Source of the DNA: Chiloscyllium plagiosum
Lineage: Eukaryota
DNA length: 64,000 nucleotides
Direction of reading: 5' to 3'
Assembly (NCBI RefSeq): GCF_004010195.1
Contig: NC_057752.1
Location: 6,336,044-6,400,043 of the forward strand
Below the pieces are notes generated by a model. That model saw only the letters and a program-made list of their open reading frames with translations. It was not told the DNA's origin and did not search any database. Both the position numbers and the translations under genes were made by a program. Within the stretch, counting starts at the first letter, position 1. Every line of letters starts with the position of its first letter. Positions 52,270-61,949 of this stretch are shown piece after piece.

Positions 52270-53075
52270 TGGATGTAGGTTTGCTCGCTGAGCTGGAAGG
52301 TTTATTTCCAGATGTTTTGTCACCCTACTAGGTAACATATTCAGTGGGCCTCAGGTGAAGCACTGCTGATAATTCCTGCTTTCTATTTATATGTTTGGGT
52401 TTCTTTGGGTTGGTGATATCATTTCTGTGGTGATGTAACTTCCTGTTTTTTTCTGGGGGGGGGGGGAGGAGAAGAGAAGAAGAGAGTAGATGAGGTCTTA
52501 CTTGATATGTTTGTTGATAGAATTCCAGTTGGAATGCTATGCTTCTAGGAATTCTTGTGAGTGTCTCCATTTGGCTTGTCCTAGGATGTGTGCTGTCCCA
52601 GTCCAAGTGGTGTCCTTCCTCATTCATATGTAAGGAAACTAGTGAGAGGGGGTCATGTCTTTTTGTGGATAGTTGGTGCTCATGTATCCTGGTGGCCAAT
52701 TTTCTGCCTGTTTGTCTGATGTAGTGTTTGTTACAGTCCTTTCACAGTATTTTGTAAATGACATTAGTTTCACTTGTTGTCTGTGTAGGGTCTTTAAGTT
52801 CATTAGCTGCTGTCTTCGTGTGTTGGTTGGTTTGTGGGCTACCATAATGCCAAGGGGCCTGAGTAGTCTGGCAGTCATTTCAGAGATGTCTTTGATGTAG
52901 GGGAGAGTGGCTAGGGTTTCTGGATGTGTTTTGTCTGCTTGCTTGGGTTTGTTGCTGAGAAATCGGTGGACTGTACTCATTAGGTACCCATTCTTTTTTT
53001 AAAAAAATATGCTGTATAGGCGATTTTCCTCTGCTCTGCGTAGTTCCTCTGTGCTGCAAGTGTGTATTGGCTTGT
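52270..53075 (-). mobile_element. Penelope-like retroelement (family D), 3' part with GIY-YIG endonuclease remnant
   Basis: Minus strand NGYL..VHRFL, TLPYIKDISEMTARLLRPLGI.VAHKP, NVIYKIL*KDCNKHYIRQTGRKLATRIHEH. Confidence 0.9.
52308..52347 (-). ncRNA. Decayed hammerhead ribozyme at 3' end of Penelope family D
   Basis: CCA-CTGAATA-T-GTTACC-TAGTAG-GGTGAC-AAAACATC-TGG: stems I and II pair, core has three substitutions. Confidence 0.55.
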
Positions 53076-53182
53076 GAAATGGATACCTGATTTTTGGTTG
53101 CTGTTTTGACAACTCGAATTTAACCAGTTTAAATTATGCCCTAGAATATTAAACCTAATAGGAGGTTGAATTTATTATTTTT

Positions 53183-53361
53183 GAAAGCGTGGTGCTGGAA
53201 AAGCACAGCACGTCAGGCATCATCCAAGGAGCAACAGAATTGATGTTTCGTGCATAAGCCCTTCCTCAGGAATTCCAAAACGTCTCCTGCTCCTCGGATG
53301 CTTTTCCAGCACCATGCTTTCGACTCTGATCTCCAGCATCTGCAGTCTTCACTTTCTACCC
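53183..53361. mobile_element. Penelope-like family A fold-back element inserted in the Gypsy LTR
   Basis: Inverted arms; minus-strand CTGAGGA-A-GGGCTTATGCAC-GAAACATC at 53242-53270; imperfect 16-bp TSD tgaatttattattttt / tgaatttgttgttttt. Confidence 0.8.
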
Positions 53362-53924
53362 TGAATTTGTTGTTTTTCCAACATCAAACTAATGAGATGA
53401 TCGGATGTTGGGGGCTATAAGAGTGCGGGACATTTTCAAAATTGGTCAGAGAGCAAGTGCCGTAGAGAGAGAACGTCCTGGAGAGCTAATTGCCCAAACA
53501 TCTTGCTCTCAAAGAAATTAGAAAATACTCTGTCTCTCACACACACACAATGGTACCTTTTCACAGTAAAAAGAAAGACAAACGACCCAGAGAGCTCAGC
53601 AGATGGAACAGTGAAGGCATAGACTGTGTGGTTTTGAAATTAAGGTGATGTAATTTTCAATAAGTGTCTTATTGGCACAGCATATTGTTATAGAGTCAGA
53701 GGCAGATAGTAAGCAGTTAAGAGAAAGGGGGGGCTTAGATTTGTGAATAGTTTTTGTTTAATGTTCCTTTTTAGAGTAAAAAAATAAATTGATGTTACTT
53801 TCTTTAAATAGTTGAATTTAGGAGTTCTCTGTCACTCATGTTTTAAAAGATTATGAGGCAAGGCAAGCTTTTCTAAAATTTAGTTTAATTAACAGAGGGG
53901 GCTCACCTCTGTGTTGTAATGGCT

Positions 53925-53942
53925 TGGGGGCTCATCCAGGAT
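53925..53942 (+). promoter_or_regulatory. Primer-binding site complementary to tRNA-Pro 3' end
   Basis: TGGGGGCTCATCCAGGAT is 16/18 identical to the Pro PBS TGGGGGCTCGTCCGGGAT, both changes at CpG; lies about 185 bp before gag. Confidence 0.85.
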
Positions 53943-56154
53943 TTGGACATATTGGGACAGGTTTAGACAGATCCAGTCTGAGATTTGAACCGATTTGGGG
54001 TACAAACAGTCCCAGCAGATTAAACATTTGGCAATTTGTGTTCTAGATTTTTAAATAAAACTTAAATGTTCTCACCTGTTTAATTTTGGTTACTTGTGGT
54101 AGGTTAAATTAAAAGAGTGAGGGAAATGGCTCTTTAGCAATATTAAGTGGTTCTGGGATTTGAAGATGCTTCCCAAATTTGCCAAGAAAGCTTAGAAAGA
54201 CAGAGGAAGGAAATACTTTTAGAATAAGCAAATAGGTTAAAATTGGGTTTAACCAGGGATAAAAGGAAAGCTGAAATTGTAATGGAGTTGGTCAAGGGTG
54301 GATTAGAGAAACAGACAAATGCAGTAGAGTTAGAAAAACGTAATTTGCAATTGAGGCAAATGGAGTTACAAGATAAGGAAAGGGAAAGAAGAGCCATGTT
54401 AGAGGATAAAGAGAGGGACAGAAGGTTCTTAGCTGAGCAAAAAGAGAGAGAGAAGAAAGAAAGGGAGAGAGAATTTGAACTTCAGAAGTTGCAAATTAGT
54501 CAACAAAGTCAAGTTAACAGGATGGAGATGAAGGAAGAAGGTAGTGATGTATACAAATATGTTTAAACACTGCCACATTTTATTGAGAAAGATGTCAAAG
54601 CCACTTTTATTTCATTTGAAAAATTGGCTCGGTAGATGGAGTGGCCAGAAAACTTGGGTAATGCTAGTTCAGACTAAGCTGGTAGGCAGAGCTAGTGAGG
54701 TATTTGCAACATTGTCAGATGAGGGGTCAAGAGATGATGCTGAGGTCAAAAAGGCAATTTTGAGTGCCTATGAATTGACACCAGAAGCATATAGACAGTG
54801 GTTCAGAAACACAAAGAAGGAATGTGGTCAGACTTATGTTGAGTTCGAAATAATTAAACAGTAATTTTGATAGATGGGTGCGGTCCTTAAAAATAGATAA
54901 CACATGATTCTCAGAGATTATTCTGCTGGAGGAGTTTTAAAAACTTACTTCCAGAGACAAGAATTCATGTGGATGAACAGAAAGTTCAAGAGTGACAGAG
55001 GTGGCAGATGAATATGCATTGGTGCATAAAGTGAAATTCAGCTTCTATGGAAATTGGGAGAAGGGGAGATCCTTCACTACAAACAAAGACGAGAGCACAC
55101 TGGTGATAGTTTACTACAGGTGAAAAAAGCAGCCCAGAAGTGAAAGGCCTCAGGTGTTTCTGTCATGGTAAGGTGGGACACGTGAAGTCATAGTGCTGGT
55201 TGTTAAAGAAAGGTACTGTGGGAAAGGGTGTGGTAAAAGAAGCTATGCCAGTGAGATTGTGAAAGTAGTAAAGGAAACCCCAGGAAAGTGCACAGCCAAG
55301 ACAGGAGCTGGGTATTAAGTAATTGCCCAATCTCTATAAAGACGTCACCCTTGTGGGTAAGGTTTACTCAGGAAGAATAGGGGGAAGATGGGAAAGAAGT
55401 TATAAATTTTGAGAGATACAGGAGCTAATCAGTCTCTAATAGCAAGTGATGAACATATTTGCACTCTGACATGTTACCAGAGAGAGTGGTAATTTGTGGA
55501 ATAGATGGACAGAAATTTAGCACTCGTCTATGTAAGATCAGGTTGGACTGGGGAAGTAACAGTGGAAGTGATTGACGGAGTGTCAATTCCAGGAATACAG
55601 TTTGTTCTTGGGAATGACCTGGCAAGATTCAAGGTGGGATCGACACCCCTTGTGGTGGAGAAGCCAAAACCAGGGAACCAAGTTAAAAGACAAATTCCTT
55701 GGAATCTTTCCAGGCTGTGTAGTAACAAGAGTCCACTGTCATTAGTTTTTACTTCTTGCTATGACTTGAGAAAGACAAAGGAGTTGAGGCTCAGAATTGG
55801 CACCATGGTGTGGAAGCCTTTCTCTAACACATGCTCCTTTTATGAGTGGCTCGCCAATTTGAGCACACCATTGCTGCACGTCCCCTCAAATATCACTTTT
55901 AACATCACTATGGCAGAGGGAAACTCGACACAAACAACATGCATTCCTAAAGGACCTTTAACATTGCAAAACATCCCGGGAGGATTAGGAAACAAGTTTT
56001 CACACTGGACTACATCAGGAGATATCAAAATAGGTGACAAAATAACTTGATCAAAGGAGGTAGGTTTTAAGGAGCATCATAGAGAAGAAAGGCAGCAATG
56101 TTTTGAGAAGCAATTCTCAAGCCTAAGGTCTACTTCAGATCACTGCAGCTGAAA

Positions 56155-56285
56155 TTCCTGATCAAGGGCTTAAGCTCAAAATGCCGATTCTCCTGCTCCT
56201 CAGATGCTGCCTGACCTGCTGTGCTTTTCCAGCATCACACTTTTCGACCCTGACTCTCCAGCATCTGCAGTCCTCACTTTCTCCT
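56155..56285 (+). mobile_element. Penelope-like family A copy with decayed hammerhead core, inserted in an L2 remnant
   Basis: ttc-CTGATCA-AGGGCTTAAGCTC-AAAATGCC-gattctcctgctcc...cactttctcc. Confidence 0.8.
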
Positions 56286-56404
56286 GGCAAGGTTTAAAAT
56301 TAGAACTTTGCAAGAGATCAGAATCGAGGAGAATAGATAGTTGAAGGCTTGTAAAATGAAGTTAGGGCTTTTAGTTCTGCTTACTTGAACCTTGATGAAT
56401 AAAA

Positions 56405-56855
56405 AGATTTAGAGGGATGTTGCCAGGGTTGGAGGGCTTGAGCTATAGGGAGAGGCTGAAAAGGCTGGGGCTATTTTCCCTGGAGTGGAGGCTGAGGGGT
56501 GACCTTATGCAGGGTTATAAAATTGCGATAGGGTAAATAGACAAGGTCTTTTCCCCGGGGTGGCAAGAGTCCAAAACTGGAGAGCATAGGTTTAGGGTGA
56601 GAGGGGAAGATTTAAAAGGGATCCAAGGGGCAACTTTTTCCACAGAGGATGGTGTGTGTATGGAATGAGCTGCCAGAGGAAGTGGTACAAGTACATTTAA
56701 AAAGGCATCTGGATGGGTACATGAAGAGGAAGGGTTTGGAGGGCTATCGACCAAATTTTGGCAAATGGGACTAGAATAATTTAGGATATTTGGTTGGCAT
56801 GGACAGAGTTAGATTGAAGCATCTGTTTTCATGCTGTATAACTCCGACTCCATGA
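56405..56855 (+). mobile_element. CR1/HER1-type LINE 3' fragment
   Basis: gatgttgccagggttggagggcttgagctatagggagaggctg..gcaactttttc..tggaatgagctgccagaggaagtgg. Confidence 0.88.
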
Positions 56856-59800
56856 GCAGGCTTTTTAAAAATGTGAAAGTATACATGAACAAAGGCCATC
56901 AATGCCAATAATCCCTCTCAAATTTAAATTAAATTTTCTTGAATCTTTGTAGGGGAGCAAGCTTTTCTTTTTGCATCGTGTCACAAAATCTTAAAACAAC
57001 TGAACTTAGAGCTTCACAACACTTGATGCAGTAACAAAATGTTGCTCCCCCACCCCACCCCAGTCCCATTCATCCTCCTTCAGTTCCTGCTTTCCATTTT
57101 AGCAGTAAAGTGGCAGTTTGTGTGGGAACTGCTACAGTCAAGAGGTAAAAACCATTCTCCCAATGTAGCTAAATCAATAGTCACTGCCAGCAATCAGATA
57201 TTGGAGGAGATTGCTGAAATTTACAAATATCGATTGTCAGGAAACCAGACTTGCCTTTTGTACAAAAAGCAGTTTATTATTTGGGATAACTTGACAAATA
57301 GTTAGCGTTCTGCAAAACCGCTACTCTAAATAGACTAAATATTTATCTGATGCTGAGATTAATTTGCTCCTGTATAAACACCCACAGTGAGGAGAATCTA
57401 TATTGACCACATTGCAGGCAGACAAGGTTGAAACTTGGCAACTCATGGCAGCTTAGTGAGAGCCAGGATGTGAGACAGCTGCCACAGTAAGAGGCACAAC
57501 AACACTGCCATTGTGGAAAGGTTAGAAGTCAATGGAAGTGGAAGGCAGCACCTGCTTCAAGACAGGATGAGGAAAAGGGGAACACCCGGTCTCAGGCTTC
57601 CGACACTCATCATCCGATTGTTCATCTCCAGAGATGTCGGAGCACACTGCTTGCCCATGCTTTGTAGGATACCACATGACCTGGAAAGAATGAGAACACC
57701 TAAAAAAGACAGGAATACTTATTCCAATTTTAGATATTAATCCCATATAACAGATGAAAAGAGTTAACAAAGATCAAATCCCTCAGCAACTTCCTAAAGG
57801 AAAACTTACCAATTCACATTACCAAAACTATCTGCCTCACCAATTTTGTCTCTGCCTGAAGCTGTTGGCTCATATTTAATACTGTTCGTTAACAGTTATA
57901 ACTTTCTCCCTCCACCACCATTCTCCAATTTTCTCCTTTCTTTTCCATTCTTCCAGGAATATTTTGCTCACTGTAATAAATTTTATAAAGCCATTGCACA
58001 GGATTAACAGGACAATCCAGTAGGTTTAAGCTTCACTAAACGTCTTGAGGACCCTTACAGAATACTTAATTACTAGGTGCTGTTTTGAGAAGAAAGCAGA
58101 GTTGGTAATCTAAAAGATGAGAATCAATGGACTGAAGGGCTTTCTTTGTACAAATCTAGCTTGTCATGGTCTCAAGCTGTCAGTGGGAGTAATATTACTC
58201 ACTCTGCTACATTTACATTTTTCAATCACGTCATCTATACCCCAAACCAGGACATCTAAATTCCAACCCAAAGATCAGAGGCTTTATTCCCAGATTTAAA
58301 GACCGTGATCGCGACCACATTCCCAAGAAAAATACAGACTTATCAACTCACAGGATGACGCACAGGATCAGTTAATGTTGTATAAGATGCATCAAGTAAA
58401 ATCACACAGCATCCTACTGAGAACAGGATACTTTTTTTTTTCCTGGAACGTAGCCACAGTTCTGTGTATTGTGATCATATCAAGTGCTGAATGTTCCCGC
58501 TCTGGTTCTTTTTTCTAAGCTCCAAATAAGTCATACCTCCAGTTCGTACAGCTGGTCATTCTTTGGATTGCAGATTCTTGCAGTGCAAAGATTCTGGTGC
58601 AAGGTTAGTGAACCTTCAGTCATTCAAGGGAATGCTCACTTGTCACAATCCTGCTTTTTAAAAATTCTTTCCTTTGGGTCTGAAGAGGAGTTTTAGTTCA
58701 CATTCATATTATTAGAGCCATATCATGTGTGGTGGCTACAAGACTTATTATACAGCATCCAATTCAAACTAATTATTTCTCAGTGCTACCAGAATGGACA
58801 AACAAGTTACAGATAGAATAAATACAGAGATGATGCAGTCTGACAGAGAGGTAAAGAAAGGCCGTATATACTTAATGGCTCTGCTCAAAAGTGTACAGGG
58901 ACAGAGGGAGTTCAAGGTTCATGTGCATCAATCTATGACGGTGTCAGGACATAGTGAGAGAGTAGCTAGCACAATGTATGGTACCTCGGGTGCTGAAGTG
59001 ACCTTACCAAGCCACTCAGTTGTAGACAATTCACTAACTGTTCAAGGACAATTAGAGATTTGTAATAAATGCTGGCCTTACCAGTGACATACACATCCTC
59101 AGAACAAAAAAAATCTTGAAGTCTCCAATTAGCCTGTTCCAAATCCTTACCTCCAAAGAAAATATTTCTTAATCTGTTGCAATTTTCAAAAAAAAAAACT
59201 TGTATTCTTAGCACCTGGAGGATATTGAAATAAATACTCACTCACACTAACGTCTACTGTTAAGTTGGAATGCTTTAGACTAATTTAACAGGGAAATTCT
59301 GTTTGGAAAGATCATTTTGTCAAAGCCCCACACAATACGCATGAACACGGCATTTTTTAATGCCATTTCAAAACAAAATTGGATCTCACAGTTTAGCAGA
59401 AATTTTTTTTACGAGTCATTTCCTGTACTCCAACTATAGAAAGGATTAAACGGAACAGTCCTGTTCTATGTTGTAGTCTACTCAGGGGTCAAGCTCAAAT
59501 TGTTTTGAGAGAGTCATTTTTCAATCACAATTCGAGACTGCAGTCACCAGCAATCACCATGAAATTCAATCCCCAACTGACTGCAGAAGATATTTATAAC
59601 TACTTTCTCCATTGCTCTCCCCTAGAACTTCAGTGATGAATTGTAGGCCCAGTGGAGCAATGTCGAGGACTGATTAATACCTCCCCTTGCTTGAAATGCC
59701 CAAAGGTATCCATTGTTAACGCTAACCCATCCAAACCTGTCACATGGGCAACATGGGGACCCTTTGTAAATACTGCCATACTCCCCAGGAGTCTGTAAAT

Positions 59801-60321
59801 ACTTACACACTCCTCTGAAGCCCTCCTTTTTTTCTCCTTCTTGGGCAAGGATGCCTTTCTCCTCCCCCATCCCCCGTGTGGAGTTGAGAATATGGAGGTG
59901 ACTGAATGGTCGAGTACTGGATCCACACACCCTGCGCAGTGGGGTTTGCAATGCTTTGATGGGTGGGATGATTTGATTTTCTCACCGATGTTTAGCCGCC
60001 TCCTGGGGCCTGTTGGAGATGCTCAACAGTTGGTACCTTCTTCGCCACTTTGGGCAGGCTTAGATAACAGTTTCCCACAGGTTGGTGGCAATTTTCTTTT
60101 TCAGGGAGGCTTTCAGGATGCCCTTGAAGCATTTCTTCTAGCCTCTCGATAATTGCTACCATGAAGCAGCTCAGAATGGAGAGCTTGCTTTGGAAGCTGT
60201 GTGTCAGGCATGCAGACGATGTGGCCCATTCAATGCTGATGACTGACTATAGCCAGTGATTTGTTGCTGGGGATGTTGACCAGACAGCAGACACCGACTT
60301 GGAACACCTATCCTGTCACTA

Positions 60322-60518
60322 TTTGGAGATGCCAGTGTTGGACTGGGGTGTACAAAGTTAAAAATCACACAACACCAGGTTATAGTCCAACAGGTTTATT
60401 TGGAAGCACTAGTTTTCAGAGCGCTAACAACCATCTGATGAAGGAGTAGTGTTCCGAAAGCTAGTGCTTCCAAATAAACCTGTTGGACTATAACCTGGTG
60501 TTGAGATTTTTAACTTTG
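60322..60518. mobile_element. Penelope-like family B fold-back element, perfect 13-bp TSD
   Basis: TSD tatcctgtcacta at 60309-60321 and 60519-60531; inverted arms around a central hammerhead. Confidence 0.88.
60432..60466 (+). ncRNA. Minimal type I hammerhead ribozyme motif, core intact
   Basis: CAT-CTGATGA-A-GGAGT-AGT-GTTCC-GAAAGCTA-GTG: stem I CAT/GTG, stem II 5 bp with G-U pairs, palindromic AGCT; predicted cleavage after A60463. Confidence 0.7.
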
Positions 60519-60714
60519 TATCCTGTCACTAGTTTTGCAGAGGCAACACTGGTGATAATTCAACAGATTGGAGGTATCGCCTTTATTCTCTCTCTCTCCC
60601 ACACACACACACACATACACGTTTGCAACACTTGCATTTCAGAAAATGAGTTGGTGTTGGGACTTGTTCAAACATTCTATTCCTCAGACAGTCAAGGGCT
60701 GCACTGGCACCCAC

Positions 60715-61165
60715 TAAGTACAGACACACTCCCCAAAGACCTGCTGTAAATGCAGGCACAACTCCCCCATTCCAGGGATTCCCTGTAACTACTGACACCT
60801 CCTCCTCCTCACCACCCCCCCCCCCCCTCACACACACACACAGGAGATCCCCTGTAACTACAGACACATTCCTCAAAGATCCCTTGTATACTCAAACTCC
60901 CCAAAAGATCCCCTGTCAATCCTGATACACACCAGTGAAACCAGCACTCTCCCCAGGGATCTCCTGTGAGGACTTAGAAACTTACTGGGGACCCACTGTA
61001 ATTACTGACACAAATCGTAGGGTACTTCTAAATTTGATACTGTCCTCAGGGATTCCCTGTTAATACTGACACACTCTCCAGGAGTTCACTGTATATTCTG
61101 ACACTTTCTGGGAGCCTCTGTAATCAGTGACAAACTCCCTAGTTCTCAGGGGAGTGTGTTAGTCG
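60715..61165 (+). repeat. Degenerate minisatellite, unit about 32 bp
   Basis: About 10 diverged copies of ctgtaa(c/t)tactgacacactccccagggatccc; ends with an inverted partial unit ggggagtgtgttagt. Confidence 0.7.
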
Positions 61166-61949
61166 AGGCTCCTGAGACTGCCAGTATTCACAGAGGGGAA
61201 TGACAGGACACAAAAATGCTTAAAAGTCACTGGATTTAAATCGACGATTGAAGCAAGCAAAGGGGCAATTGGCATACCATATGGCTGCCAAATTAGACTC
61301 TTAGGAAAAGAGTTTGCCAGACTTCCCATATTTCTGTAGTTTGTAACTGTGGGCTTGGTGCCTAAACATTAAGAATGATGGTATTGCAGCAACGTTTGGA
61401 ATCTATCGCCAGTACATTTGGATCTTTTTCTCCCCTAAACTTATGAAACTTTATGATTTATTTCCCCTCCAAGTTATTTCCATTTTAAAGATACCCACTC
61501 CCAACAATCGCACTACATGTTCCTCTCTTTAGTGAAGTGCCACCTCATAACTCTCACCATTGCTTTCCAGGAGCAGTTAAAGCTGTTCCCCCTTTCCCCC
61601 AACTTACCTGTGCCAATGAACCAACTTCTTAAGTTTCTAAAGGCACAGTTACACACAATCCTTACTACAACAGGAGCAGGGCTCACTACAATCTCTCGAT
61701 CTCACACAGTTCATATGAATTAGGTCGCAGGTCACTGTCCTCTTAGCAAGGCCCATCATTTTTGACTTGGTGATAGTATTTCACTTCCTAGCTTCCATTA
61801 ATATTTCTTCCACTTTCTAATTTGTGACAGGAAAAGTAATGACCATTTGTTGTAGCAATGCAAACACTTCATTTACACTGGTGCTCAAGGCCCTATCTTG
61901 CTTGAGATCCTGAGGTAGTGAGTGAGAGCTCACACCTATTAACTATGAC

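Larger units (their letters stand above)
53076..55740 (+). mobile_element. Truncated Gypsy (Gmr1-like, SCAN-type gag) LTR retrotransposon: 5' LTR, PBS, gag, protease
   Basis: Coiled-coil gag, FISFEK..W..LVQTKLVGRASEVF..VKKAILSAYELTPEAYRQWFR, IILLEEF, Zn knuckle CFCHGKVGHVKS*C at about 55155, protease LRDTGANQSL at about 55410; LTR 5' boundary uncertain. Confidence 0.88.
59950..60570 (-). mobile_element. Old RTE-clade LINE fragment interrupted by a Penelope family B copy
   Basis: Minus strand GHIVCMPDTQLPKQALHSELLHG. Confidence 0.7.

Noticed and set aside
60715..61165. Spaced repeats superficially like a CRISPR array
   Set aside because: Eukaryotic context, degenerate tandem units, no unique spacers or cas genes
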